This document shows positions 1 through 12,519 of a stretch of 64,000 nucleotides of DNA, piece after piece. This stretch comes from an uncultured delta proteobacterium (GTDB lineage: Bacteria > Myxococcota_A > Polyangia > Haliangiales > Haliangiaceae). The notes beneath the pieces are model-generated. The model made no database searches, had not been told where the DNA came from, and was given only the letters and a program-made list of their open reading frames with translations. The DNA lies in assembly GCA_963848295.1 (NCBI GenBank), contig CAWKDB010000010.1, positions 3,488,001-3,552,000 on the forward strand, given 5' to 3'. A program made the position numbers and the translations under genes. How positions within the stretch are numbered: position 1 is the stretch's first letter; each line of letters starts with the position of its first letter.

Positions 1-1626
1 GAGGTCGCCGACACGCATGTCCGCGCGCAGCTCGCATGGCACTTCAACGATTCGACGCAGAGTGCGCACGACTCGGCGGCGCAGCATCTGCCGCAGTACC
101 TGTCCGCGTACATTCCGCCGACGCTCGTCGACGATCCCGCGCTCGCGCAGGCATGCACCGACCCGGCGAGCTCGATGATCACGAGCTGTCCGGTGCCCGC
201 CGGCTATTTCGCGAGCGCAGGCGCCGGCATGCTGCAAGACACGACCGCGAATCGGCTGAGCGGCACCGCCGACGTCACGCACGTGATCGCCGGCAACGCG
301 CTGCGGTTCGGCGTCACCGGCGAGGATTCGAAGCAGAGGCTGACCTCGTTCTTCACCGGCAACACCGAGGTCATCTCGCTGTTCCCCGGCGCGATCGATG
401 TCGTGCACCTGCTCGGACCCGAGCAGACGTGCTCGACCGATCCGTCGGTGAGCTGCCCCTACGAGAACCAGACGGAGCTGACCTACCGCACGCTGTACGC
501 CGCGGCGTACGCCGAAGACACGCTCCATCTCGCTCCGAACGTCAACGTCGACGCCGGTCTGCGCTGGGAGCTGATGTGGGTCGGCACGAATCTGCACTTC
601 TCGAACGAGCTCGCGCCGCGGCTCGGCGCCACCTGGGATCCGCTCGGCGGCGGGCGGTCGCGCGTGTGGGCGAGCATGGGCCGGAGCTTCGTGACGCTCC
701 CCGCAGGCGTGGATACGTTCCTGTTGCCCGGGACGCGGACGGTCGAGGACATCACGGGCCCGTTCGGCCAGGGCCGGTTCATTCGCACCGCGCCGGCCCT
801 CGCGATCGCGTCCGGCATCGAGCCGATGACGCAAGACGAAGCGACCCTCGGCGGAGAAGTCGCGCTCGCCGGAACGCTGCGGTTGACCGCGTGGCTCCAG
901 GGGCGCCGGCTGTATCGCGGCATCGACACGACGACCGACGGCTTCGACAACCCGGGTCGCGCCGACGGTAACACCCCGGAGGAGCGCCAGACCGAGCTGG
1001 TCGCGGCCCAACTCGAGTCGGCGCCGACCACCCGCCTGGTGCTTCGGCTCGGCTACATGTTCGGGCGCACGATCGGGTCTTCGACCGGTGCCTACGATCC
1101 GCGCCAGGGCGCGGTGCTGTACGGCGGCTCGGACTACGACGTCACCGCGGCGAACCAGCTCGGCTACCTGCCGACCGACGCCGGCCACCGCGTATATATA
1201 GAAGGGCAGACCGGAGGCTCGGTAGGATCTGTACGGCTAGCGTTCTCGACCCGGCTGACCGCCGCCAGCGGGCTGCCGCGCGACGTGCTCGGCGACGGCG
1301 GTTTCGGCGTGGTCGAGCTACTCCCGCGCGGTTCGGACGGGCGCGGCCCGACGATCGCCCAGGCCAACGTCCGGTTGATGGCGACCTGGCGACGGTTCGA
1401 GCTCTCGCTCGACGTGTTCAACGTGTTCGACCGGCGCGACCCGACGACGGTCGGCTCGATCTACACGACCCAGTCGCTGTTACCGATCTCCGGCGGCGAG
1501 ATGGCGGACCTGGTCTTCGCACACGACGTCAACGGCCATCCACTGCAGCTCGACACCTACTACCGGCTGCCGACCAGTTTTCAGTCACCGTTCGGCGCGA
1601 TGCTCGGCCTCCACCGCAGGTTCTAA
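1..1626 (+). CDS. TonB-dependent outer-membrane receptor (Oar-like), 5' truncated by window edge
   Basis: Frame is open from base 1 into ORF 175..1626. Beta-barrel motifs include AAYAEDT..VNVDAGLRWE, LAPRLGATWDP.GGGRS and LSLDVFNVFD, with a C-terminal Phe. Confidence 0.85.
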   Translation, partial: EVADTHVRAQLAWHFNDSTQSAHDSAAQHLPQYLSAYIPPTLVDDPALAQACTDPASSMITSCPVPAGYFASAGAGMLQDTTANRLSGTADVTHVIAGNALRFGVTGEDSKQRLTSFFTGNTEVISLFPGAIDVVHLLGPEQTCSTDPSVSCPYENQTELTYRTLYAAAYAEDTLHLAPNVNVDAGLRWELMWVGTNLHFSNELAPRLGATWDPLGGGRSRVWASMGRSFVTLPAGVDTFLLPGTRTVEDITGPFGQGRFIRTAPALAIASGIEPMTQDEATLGGEVALAGTLRLTAWLQGRRLYRGIDTTTDGFDNPGRADGNTPEERQTELVAAQLESAPTTRLVLRLGYMFGRTIGSSTGAYDPRQGAVLYGGSDYDVTAANQLGYLPTDAGHRVYIEGQTGGSVGSVRLAFSTRLTAASGLPRDVLGDGGFGVVELLPRGSDGRGPTIAQANVRLMATWRRFELSLDVFNVFDRRDPTTVGSIYTTQSLLPISGGEMADLVFAHDVNGHPLQLDTYYRLPTSFQSPFGAMLGLHRRF

Positions 1627-1637
1627 ATCGCCCCACG

Positions 1638-1646
1638 TGATAGAAT
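1638..1646 (+). promoter_or_regulatory. Extended -10 element (TGnTAGAAT) 7 nt before the GTG start; probable leaderless promoter
   Basis: TGATAGAAT is followed by TTTTTTC and then GTG at 1654. No Shine-Dalgarno sequence. Confidence 0.5.
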
Positions 1647-1653
1647 TTTTTTC

Positions 1654-4600
1654 GTGGCCGATGTGTCTCAGTTCGAGGAAGCTGCTGCTGCCGTCCGTCA
1701 CTCACCGCACGCGGTCAGCGCGTGGGAAGAGGTCGAGTCGCTCGCCTCTGATCTCGAGAAGCCCGACGAGATCGTCGTGCTCTACGGCGAAGCTCTCGCC
1801 GGTGCAGTCGAGCCGCAAGTCGCCGAGATGATCGGCGAGCGAGCCGGTAACTTCTGCGACGAGTGGTTCGGCGACGATCCGAAAGTCCTCGAGAAGATCT
1901 TGGCGCGCGTGCTCGAGCTCGCGCCGTCGTCGGATTCGGCGCTGCAGCGGCTCAGCGTGATCTACACGGTCGCGGAGCGCTGGGCCGACGTGCTCGCCCT
2001 GTTCGACCGCGCGATCGCCGCGACGAAGGAGCGCGGTCGCCGCACTCGGTTGTTGCGCGAAGCCGCGCAGCTCGCGAAGGACGTCGCGAATCAGCCGGAG
2101 CGAGCGATCGGCTACTACCAGCAACTGCTGCCGCTCGTTCCCGACGATGCGCAGCTCGGCCAGAGCCTCGAGCGCTTGCTCGAACGCCACGAACGCTGGG
2201 TCGACCTGATCCGCCTGTGGGAAGGGCGGATCGAGAGCCAGTCGAAGAAGGATCGCGAGAAGACGCGCGCGCGGATCGCGGCGTGCTGGCTCGACAACCT
2301 CAAAGATCCCCAGAACGCGCTCGCCGCGGTCAAGCCGTTGCTCGGCGAGGCCGAAGACGATCGCGAGAGCTGCTCGCTGCTCGAACGCATCGTCGAGGCG
2401 CCTCAGGCGACGAAGAGCGTGCGCGACGCGGCGTTGGATCTGTTGCGCTCGCATTACGACTCGACCGGCCGGCCGCGCGAGGTCATACGCGTGCTCGAGC
2501 GCGCGATCCAGCTCGACCCGACCGGCGCGCGCGAGCTGCGCGAAGAGGCCGGTCAGCGCCTCGCCGAGCTCGACGACTTGCCGGCGGCGATGGATCACTA
2601 CAGCGCGCTGCTCGCGATCGCCCCGGAGTCGTCGGTCACCGAGGAGAAGCTGCGCCAGCTCGCCGAGCGCGGCGGCCATCACGATCGCTACGCGGCAGGC
2701 GTCGCGGCCGCGGCGCGCACGAACGCCGGCATCGATCCGACGCGCAAGGTCGAGCTGCTCGGGGAAGCGGCGCGCACCCGGCTCGAGCGGATGTCGGACA
2801 TCGACGGCGCGGTCGCGCTGTTCGTCGAAGCCCAAGCGGTCAGCGGTGCCGCCGAGCACGAGCAGCTCGCGATCGCGCGCCGGCTCGCGGCGTTGTACGG
2901 CCAGCAAAACAAGCCGCAAGACCGACTCGCGGTGCTCGAGCGCCAGGCCCACCTCGAATCGAACGATGCGGCACGGTCGGCGATCCTCAGTGAAGCTGCG
3001 AAGCTCGCCGAATCGCTCGGCGACACCGATCGCGCGCTGACGTTGTGGGAGCGCCGTGTCGACAGCGATCCGAGCGATCTGTCGGCGCTCGATGCCCGGA
3101 TCGGCATCCTCGAGAATCAGAAGCGGTGGGACGATCTGGTCGCGGCGCTCGAGAGTCGTGCGAGCAAGGTCGCGTCGCCGAACCAGAAGCGCTCGGACCT
3201 CGTACGCGTCGCGCTCGTCCACGCCGAGCAGCGTCACGATCTCGATTCGGCGATCGGCGCATGGCAACGCGTCGTCACCGATCACAAAGATGACGAAGAG
3301 GGCATCTCCAAGCTCGCCGATCTGCTCGCCGAGACCGGCCGGTGGAAGGAGATGGCCGACCTGCTCGAAGGCGCTTCGGGCCGCGCGACCGCGCGCACGA
3401 TCGCGCGGTTGGTCCGCCTCGGCGATGCGTTGCGATCGCATCTCGACGAGCCGGCGCGCGCATTGACCGCGTATCGCAACGCCATCGCGATCGAGCCGGC
3501 GAGCAAAGAAGCTCGCGCCGGGCTCACCGCGTTGCTCGATCTGAAGCAGACGCGCGCGGCCGCCGCCGATGCGCTCGCGCAGGCGTTGCGAACGACCGGC
3601 GACGTCGCGGGCGTGCTCGATCTCCTGCCAGCGCGACTCGCCGAAGCCGCCGACGATCGCACCCGGCTCGCATTGTTGCGCGAGGCCGCTCAGCTCCGCC
3701 TCGAGCACAAGCACGATGCCCCCGGCGCGCTCGCGGATCTCGCGAAGGCCTTTCCGCTGGCGCCGCGCGATCAACTGATCGAGCACCAGATCATCTCGCT
3801 CGCCCAGTCGACCAACGATTGGCCGGCCGCCGCCGCCGCGTTCAAGGCCGCGATCGGAGCGCTGGGCGATGACACTCGCGAGGCCGCACGGCTGCGCCTC
3901 GCGTACGCCGATCTCGTCGCGGAGCGCCTCGACGACAACACGCGTGCGGCCGAGGCGTACGAGCAAGTCGCGGCGGTCGAGCCCGGCAATCGCCGCGCGG
4001 TCTACGCGTTCGCGCGACTCGGCGGCGCGCTCGGCGAATGGGAGAAGGCGGCGAACGTGGTCGTGCGCTACGCGATGATGCGCGAGGCATTCGACGACGA
4101 GCTGCTGTCGGTGCTCGAGCTCGCGGCCCAGGGCAACCGCGCGCACGATCTGCTCGCGCTCGCGCTCGGCGAATCGCTCGACAAGTTCAAGCTGCCGGCC
4201 GGCGTCGCCGCGTTGTTCCACCATCGGCTCGCGCTGATCCACCGCGATCATCGTCGCGACACCGCGGCCGCGATCGCATCGTTGCGCAAGGCGCTCGAGC
4301 AGGGCGGCGAACGCCTCGCGTGGTTGACCGATCTCGTCGCGCTCGAACGCGAGGTCGGCCAGACCCCGGCGCTGCTCGACGCGCTGCGCCGGCTCGCCGA
4401 CGCCGATGCGCGCGATCTCGATTCGCTCGTCGGCTCCGCGGACATCGCGAGCAAGCTCGGCGAGCGCGAGCAGGCGCTGCAGATCTTGTCCGCGGTGCTC
4501 GGCCGCGCGACGGCGGCGTGGCGCGGTACCGCGTCGATTCGCTCGGCTCGGTCGGTCGATTCGGTCGCGAAGTGGGCGATCGATGCGCTCGTCGAGCTGT

Positions 4601-7600
4601 ATCGCACCGGCGGTCGCGCGCGCGCTGCGGTCGACACCTTGGTCGAGGCGGCCCGGTTGCCGTTCGATGCGGGGACGCGCCGCGACATGCGCCTGCGCGC
4701 CGCGCAGATGGCGACGGTCGAGCTCGGCGACAACGCCGCGGCGATCGAGATGTATCGCAGCGTGCTCGCCGCGCAATCGAACGACCTCGAGGTGATCGAA
4801 CGACTCGCTCACTTGCTCGGGGTCGAAGACCGCGTGCCCGAGCTCTTGACCCTGCGCCAGATCCAGCTCGGGCTCGAGACCGATCTCGACAAGAAGCTCC
4901 AGCTCCGGCTCGAGCTCGCTCGCCTGGTCGGCATCGTCGAGGAGCGCGGCGGTCGGCTCGATGCGCTGCGCGCGAACCTCGAGGATCGGCCCGGTCACGA
5001 GGCGTCGATCGACGCGGTCGCCGAGCTGCTCGCGAACAAGGGCCAGCATCGCCAGCTCGCCGATCTGCTCGAGCAGCAAGCGCAGCGGCTCGAAGCGAAC
5101 GGCGAACCGGGGCGCGGCTCGAAGCTGTGGGCGCGCTACGCGCAAGTCACGGAGCAAGACACGAAAGAAGTCGAGCGCGCGATCGCCGGCCATCGCCGCG
5201 TCGTCGCGCTGTCGCCGACGCCCGAGTCGCTGCGCGCGCTCGCCCGGCTCAACCTCGACCGCGGACAGTCGGCGCAGGCGGTGCCGTGGCTCGAGAGCCT
5301 GCTCGGCACCGTGCCGCCGAACGAACGCTTGATCGTCGTGCACCAGCTCGCGAAGGCGCACTTGTCGGCGAACCAGACCGATCGCGCGATCGCGGCGATC
5401 GAGGTCAACCTCGACGACAAAGAGCCGGCGCTCGAGCTTCGCACGTTGCTCGCCGAGCTCTATCGCAAGGCCGATCAGTGGGAGCCGCTCGCTCGCCACC
5501 TGACGCGCAGCTTGCCGCTGATCAAGGACGAGCGACTCGCGCGCGACTTCGCTCGCGAAGCGGTGCAGCTGTACCTGACGCGGCTCGGCTCGCCCGCGAA
5601 AGCGATTCCGGCGCTCGAGACCGCGCTCGCGCTCGACCCGACCGACAAGGAGCTGCGGACCGCGCTCGCGGTCGGCCAACGCGTCGCCGGTAAGCTCGTC
5701 GAAGCACGCGCCGCCTTGGCCGAGCTGATCGCCGACTTCGGTCGCCGGCGCTCGCCGGAGCGCGCCGCCTTGCACGTCGAGCTCGCGCGCGTCGCTCAGG
5801 CCGAGGGCAAGACCGACGAGGCGATGGCCGAGCTCGAATCCGCGGCGAAGATGGACGCGTCGAACCCGGCGATCCAGAAGGAGCTCGCCGAGCTCGCCCG
5901 CTCGGTCGGTCAGCTCGACAAGGCCGAGCGCACGTATCGCGCGCTGCTGCTGGTCGTCCGGCGCACGCCGCCGGGCGACGACGAGAACGCGGTCGGTGCG
6001 AGCGAGGTGTTGTTCGAGCTCCACAAGCTGTCGGCGTCGCGCGGCGAGTCCGATCAGGCCAAGGAGCTGCTCGAGTCCGCGATGGAAGCGGCGATCCAAT
6101 CGGACGCCGAGGTCCGCCGGTTGCGCCGCAGCTTGCTCGCCCACAACGAAGGCGAGCTGTTGCTCAAGGTGCTCGGCAAGCGGCTCGATACGAACCCCGA
6201 CGTGCACAGCCAGGCGCGGTTGCTCAGCGACATGGCCGACGCGCTCGACGGGCTCGGCCGCGGCTCCGAGGCACTCGACGCGCTGATCAAGGCGTTCGGC
6301 GTGATGCCGTCGCGGCTCGACCTGCACGAGCGCGCCCGCGAGCTCGCGAAGAAGCTCGGCCAGACCAAGCGGTTCGTCGACGCGGTCGACACCGTCGTCG
6401 ATCGGCTGCGCCGCAAAGATGATCCGCCGCTGATCGCGAACCTCTTGATGCGCGCCGGCGATGCCCTCGAGAACGAAGGCGGCGACCTGCGCGGCGCGGC
6501 GAACCTGTATCGCCGCGTCGAGATCCTCGGCGAGAAGCTCGCGGAGGCGTTCTACGCGCAAGCGCGGATCGCCGCGGCGCTCGGCGACACCGCCGAGCAA
6601 GCGCGCACGCTCGACAAGATGTTCGAGCTCGCCGGGAGCGACGCCGAGCCGACCCCGGCTCAAGTCGACGCGTTGTATCGCCTGTCCGAGATCTTCATCG
6701 GCAGCGATTCGCGGCGCAAGCAAGGCGTCGAGCTGCTCGAGCGCGCGTTCGCTGCCGAGCCGCGGTGGGCGCAAGCCGGCCGGCTGCTCAAGGACGCCGC
6801 ATCTCGCGATGCGAGCGACGAGAAGATCCTCGCCATGTACGAGCGGGTCGCACGCAACGGCGGCGATCAGGAGCTGCTGCTCGACTTCCTCGAGCGCCGC
6901 GGGGCCTTGCCCGGTGCAACGCCGCAGCAGATCCGCGAAGCGGTGGATCTTGCGGTCGAGCTCGCACAAGACGCGCGGGCCGAAGCCTTGCTCGTTCGCG
7001 CCGTCGCTGCCGCGCGCGACACCGCCGATGGCATCGGCTCGGCACCGTGGGCGATGCTCGCGCTCGCCGAGCGTCGACTCGCGGCCGGCGATCTGACGCA
7101 GGCGCGCGACCTGGTCTACGAGATCGCGCCGATCGTCGAGCCCGAGCACGTCGATGGCCTCGCGATGCGGATCGCGACCCGCGCGCTCGCTCATCGCAAG
7201 ACCCAGCTCGCCGCCGACGTCTACGAGTTCTTGCGCGAGCGCAGCCCGGCCGAGCGCGCGGTGTGGCAACCGTTGCTCACGATCTATCGCGAGCTCGGCG
7301 ATGGCGATCGGCTCGGCAGCGTCGTGTCGTCGACCTTGCCGAACCTCGTCTCGCCGGCCGAGCGCAACGCGCTGCGCATCGAGCACGTCAAGTTCCTGAT
7401 CGAGAACCTCAAGCGCCATCACGACGCGCTCGACGTGTTGCGCGATGCGCTGCGCGACGACGCCGATAACCTCGAAGCCGCCGAGATGTACGAAGCGACG
7501 CTGCGCGAGCTCGGCGACGACGATGGCATCGCCGAATTTCTGTGGTCGCGATTTGAAGACGCGCAGCGCCGCGGCCACCGCGACTCGACCGTCGACGTCG

Positions 7601-9396
7601 CGCTGCGGCTCGGCACGTTGCTCGAGAAGCAGGGCTCGCCCGACATCGGACGCGTCTATCGCGCGGCGTTGATCATCGCGCCCGATGATCGCGAGATCCT
7701 GCGCCGCGTCGTCAGCCAGCTCGTCGAGCACGACAACCCGCGCGAGGGCGCGCTGTTGATGGAGCGCTTGCTCGCGGTCGAGACGCCGGACCAAGCACCC
7801 GCGCTCGCCGGTCGACTCGCGACGATGTGGGAAGCCGCCGGCGACGCGAAGGGCGTGCAGCGCACGCTCGAGCTCGCGCATCGCTCGGCGCCCGACGATC
7901 GCGCGATCCACGACCGGCTCGAGCAGTGGTATCGCGATCGCGAGCTGTGGTCCGAGCTCGCCGAGCTGATGACTCACGATGCCGAGAATCTCGACGATGC
8001 CTCGGCGGTCGTTCGCCTGCGCGAAGCGGCGAGCGTGTACTCCGGCTTCCTCGGTCAGCCGCTGAAGGCCGCGGAGGTGTTGCGCAAGGCGCGCGCTCGC
8101 GCACCGAACGTGCCCGAGCTCGTCACCGATCTCGCCGCGGCCCTCGCGGCGGCGGGCGAGCTCGACGCCGCCCAGCGCGCGATCGGCGAGGCACTCGGCA
8201 GCGTCACGGGTGCGGCGCGTGTCTCGCTACTCGTGCTGCGCGCGAGCTTCCGCCAGCAGCTCGGCGACGATGCGTCTGCGGTCACCGATCTCAGCGATGC
8301 GTATGACCTCGACAAGGAACGCGTCGCGGAGAGCTTGGTCGCTGGCCTCGATCGCCTGCGCAGCCGCGCCGAGCGCGACGGCGACATGCCGACCGAGCGC
8401 GTCGCGACGTTGAAGCTAGCGCAGCTCCTCGTCGCGCACGGCGAGCTCGAGCGCGGCCGAGGCTTCCTCGTCGCGTGGATCGAACGCGATGCGCGCGATG
8501 CCGAGCCGCTGTACATCCTGTGCGACCTCGACGAATCGATCGAGCACTGGGACGGCGTCGCAGCCGCCGCGATGCGGCTCGCCTACGTCACCGAAGGTGA
8601 AGCGCAGGTCGCAGCAGCCTTGCGGGCGACCGCCGCCTCCGCGAAGGCGGGGCGTCCGGGCGACGCGGTGCCGGTGCTCGAGGTCGTGTTCCAAGCCCAG
8701 CCCGGGGTCGACGTGTTGCGCGACAAGCTGCGCGAGACCTACGAAGCGGCGGGCGAGTTCAAGTTGCTCGCCGGCATCCTCGTCGCCGACGCCGATCACG
8801 GCAGCGATCCCGCCGCGCGCTACGCGAACTACAAGCGCGCCGCCGAGCTCCTGCTCTACCAGCTCGAAGATGCGGCCTCGGCGCAGGTCCCGGCGCAGCG
8901 CGCGCTCGAGCTCCAGCCCGACGACCACGCCGCGCTGATGCTCAACGTCGACGTGTTGATCGGTTCGGGTCAGGTCGAAGACGCCGGGCGCACGCTCGAA
9001 GCCGCGATCGCCGCGCAGAAGAAGCGCACGCCCGAGCTCGCGGTGCTGCAACAACGCATGGGCCGGGTCGCGGCGACGCTCGGCGACAAGGACGGCCAGC
9101 TCAACTGGTTGAAGAAAGCGTTCGATGTCGATCGCAAGAACGCCGAAGTCGCGGCCGAGCTCGCACAGCTCGCGACCGAGATCGGCGACTACGAGCTCGC
9201 CCTCAAGCCGCTGCGGGCGATCACGCTGATGGACAACCCCGCGCCGGTCACGCGGCCGATGGCGCTGTTGTGGGAAGCGAAGATCGAGCACGCGCGCGGC
9301 AATCGCGCGAAGGCCGAGCTGTGGGCGAAGAAGGCGCTGCGCGAAGATCCGGGCTTCGCGGACGCGCAGCAGTTCCTCGACGAGCTCGGTGGCTAG
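1654..9396 (+). CDS. Giant tetratricopeptide-repeat protein (2580 aa), AgmK-like myxobacterial TPR scaffold
   Basis: Continuous helical repeats such as AIGYYQQLLPLVPDD, ALTAYRNAIAIEPAS and ALETALALDPTD. No signal peptide. Confidence 0.8.
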   Translation: MADVSQFEEAAAAVRHSPHAVSAWEEVESLASDLEKPDEIVVLYGEALAGAVEPQVAEMIGERAGNFCDEWFGDDPKVLEKILARVLELAPSSDSALQRLSVIYTVAERWADVLALFDRAIAATKERGRRTRLLREAAQLAKDVANQPERAIGYYQQLLPLVPDDAQLGQSLERLLERHERWVDLIRLWEGRIESQSKKDREKTRARIAACWLDNLKDPQNALAAVKPLLGEAEDDRESCSLLERIVEAPQATKSVRDAALDLLRSHYDSTGRPREVIRVLERAIQLDPTGARELREEAGQRLAELDDLPAAMDHYSALLAIAPESSVTEEKLRQLAERGGHHDRYAAGVAAAARTNAGIDPTRKVELLGEAARTRLERMSDIDGAVALFVEAQAVSGAAEHEQLAIARRLAALYGQQNKPQDRLAVLERQAHLESNDAARSAILSEAAKLAESLGDTDRALTLWERRVDSDPSDLSALDARIGILENQKRWDDLVAALESRASKVASPNQKRSDLVRVALVHAEQRHDLDSAIGAWQRVVTDHKDDEEGISKLADLLAETGRWKEMADLLEGASGRATARTIARLVRLGDALRSHLDEPARALTAYRNAIAIEPASKEARAGLTALLDLKQTRAAAADALAQALRTTGDVAGVLDLLPARLAEAADDRTRLALLREAAQLRLEHKHDAPGALADLAKAFPLAPRDQLIEHQIISLAQSTNDWPAAAAAFKAAIGALGDDTREAARLRLAYADLVAERLDDNTRAAEAYEQVAAVEPGNRRAVYAFARLGGALGEWEKAANVVVRYAMMREAFDDELLSVLELAAQGNRAHDLLALALGESLDKFKLPAGVAALFHHRLALIHRDHRRDTAAAIASLRKALEQGGERLAWLTDLVALEREVGQTPALLDALRRLADADARDLDSLVGSADIASKLGEREQALQILSAVLGRATAAWRGTASIRSARSVDSVAKWAIDALVELYRTGGRARAAVDTLVEAARLPFDAGTRRDMRLRAAQMATVELGDNAAAIEMYRSVLAAQSNDLEVIERLAHLLGVEDRVPELLTLRQIQLGLETDLDKKLQLRLELARLVGIVEERGGRLDALRANLEDRPGHEASIDAVAELLANKGQHRQLADLLEQQAQRLEANGEPGRGSKLWARYAQVTEQDTKEVERAIAGHRRVVALSPTPESLRALARLNLDRGQSAQAVPWLESLLGTVPPNERLIVVHQLAKAHLSANQTDRAIAAIEVNLDDKEPALELRTLLAELYRKADQWEPLARHLTRSLPLIKDERLARDFAREAVQLYLTRLGSPAKAIPALETALALDPTDKELRTALAVGQRVAGKLVEARAALAELIADFGRRRSPERAALHVELARVAQAEGKTDEAMAELESAAKMDASNPAIQKELAELARSVGQLDKAERTYRALLLVVRRTPPGDDENAVGASEVLFELHKLSASRGESDQAKELLESAMEAAIQSDAEVRRLRRSLLAHNEGELLLKVLGKRLDTNPDVHSQARLLSDMADALDGLGRGSEALDALIKAFGVMPSRLDLHERARELAKKLGQTKRFVDAVDTVVDRLRRKDDPPLIANLLMRAGDALENEGGDLRGAANLYRRVEILGEKLAEAFYAQARIAAALGDTAEQARTLDKMFELAGSDAEPTPAQVDALYRLSEIFIGSDSRRKQGVELLERAFAAEPRWAQAGRLLKDAASRDASDEKILAMYERVARNGGDQELLLDFLERRGALPGATPQQIREAVDLAVELAQDARAEALLVRAVAAARDTADGIGSAPWAMLALAERRLAAGDLTQARDLVYEIAPIVEPEHVDGLAMRIATRALAHRKTQLAADVYEFLRERSPAERAVWQPLLTIYRELGDGDRLGSVVSSTLPNLVSPAERNALRIEHVKFLIENLKRHHDALDVLRDALRDDADNLEAAEMYEATLRELGDDDGIAEFLWSRFEDAQRRGHRDSTVDVALRLGTLLEKQGSPDIGRVYRAALIIAPDDREILRRVVSQLVEHDNPREGALLMERLLAVETPDQAPALAGRLATMWEAAGDAKGVQRTLELAHRSAPDDRAIHDRLEQWYRDRELWSELAELMTHDAENLDDASAVVRLREAASVYSGFLGQPLKAAEVLRKARARAPNVPELVTDLAAALAAAGELDAAQRAIGEALGSVTGAARVSLLVLRASFRQQLGDDASAVTDLSDAYDLDKERVAESLVAGLDRLRSRAERDGDMPTERVATLKLAQLLVAHGELERGRGFLVAWIERDARDAEPLYILCDLDESIEHWDGVAAAAMRLAYVTEGEAQVAAALRATAASAKAGRPGDAVPVLEVVFQAQPGVDVLRDKLRETYEAAGEFKLLAGILVADADHGSDPAARYANYKRAAELLLYQLEDAASAQVPAQRALELQPDDHAALMLNVDVLIGSGQVEDAGRTLEAAIAAQKKRTPELAVLQQRMGRVAATLGDKDGQLNWLKKAFDVDRKNAEVAAELAQLATEIGDYELALKPLRAITLMDNPAPVTRPMALLWEAKIEHARGNRAKAELWAKKALREDPGFADAQQFLDELGG

Positions 9397-9405
9397 CCCA
9401 CGGCG

Positions 9406-11385
<1,980 letters not shown>

Positions 11386-11393
11386 GCCGGGGG

Positions 11394-11420
11394 TTATCGA
11401 CCGCAGGCGCGCTCGGTTGC
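11394..11420 (-). promoter_or_regulatory. Shared module promoter, copy 1 (GCAACC-N13-GTCGATAA)
   Basis: Lies 8 nt upstream of the ATPase ATG and has the same spacing as the copies at 14180-14206 and 14221-14247. Confidence 0.65.
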
Positions 11421-12519
11421 CCGGGCGGCGTGTAGCCGGGCTCGCGGAACGGAACTTCGCAGAACAGCTGCCCTTTCGGCGGCGCCGGCGGGCGCACCAC
11501 CGCCGGCGGCGGTGGCCCGGGGAGGCTGCGGACGCAGCGGAAGCCGGCGAGTACGCCGGTATCGATCGACTGCCACCCATGGCCCCGGCCTGTGATCCCG
11601 GGCGCGGCGTCACCACCCTTCGTCGCACGCCACGGGCGCTCTACCCCTGGCTCTTGGTCATCCGGGATCACAGGCGGGTCGCGCTGGACCGGATCGATCA
11701 CCGACGGGTTGTCGCGGCAACCCCGGATCGAGGACCAGTCGAGCTCGATCACCGGCTCGGGTGCGCGGCGCCTTGTAAATCGCGGGACGCCCTCGATTCG
11801 CGGGAAATTCAGCCAGTCGCTGATCCACTCCGGCGCGCTATAGGACAGGTCCAGAACGCCGTAGGGGCTCGCGCCGGCGGGATGCGCTCCGACATCGAGG
11901 ATGAGCGGCTCGTCGATGCCACATCGGAGCGAGCCGTCGTGGCTCCAGTCCATCGAGCTCAACGTCGTCGTCCGGTCGCACGTCGGTCGCGCATCGCCCC
12001 ACGGATAGATTCGATCGTCGGTGCCGCGCGCGGCCTTCTCCCACTCGGCTTCGCTAGGCAGCCGCTTGCCGACCCAGTTGCAGTACGCGGTGGCATCCTC
12101 GAAGTGGACCTGCGCCGGGAGATTTAGTTCCGCGTCTGGCGCGAAGTCTTCGAGCTGCAGCGACTCGCCGATCGATCGGCCCTTGCAGGCGCCCGCGGCG
12201 TGGCATCGCCCGAACGCGCGCCGTGACACCTCGACGCGATCGATCTCGAGGTGCGAGATCCACAAGCGTCGCGGTGGATCGGCTTCCACGCATTCCGAGA
12301 TCTCCGCCGATTCCATCTCGTGTTGTCGACGGTCGTCGCGCCCGTAGAAGTAGCTGGACACCCGTGCGCGGTAGCAGCCGGCGGAGAACCACGATGCCGG
12401 GACGTCGACCATGTCGTCCGGGATCGGCGTCGTCGGCGTCGGCGGCGGCTCGGGCGGGCTCGCCGGGCCCGAGCATGCGGTGATCGCGCACGCCAGGGTC
12501 GCAGACCGCAGCGTGCGGA

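Noticed and set aside
1702..7977. 2091-aa antisense ORF and many other long overlapping ORFs (e.g. 35846-38296, 46989-49403, 50351-52345, 61930-63897)
   Set aside because: Shadow ORFs caused by high GC3 bias opposite or within clearly real genes; no recognisable motifs.
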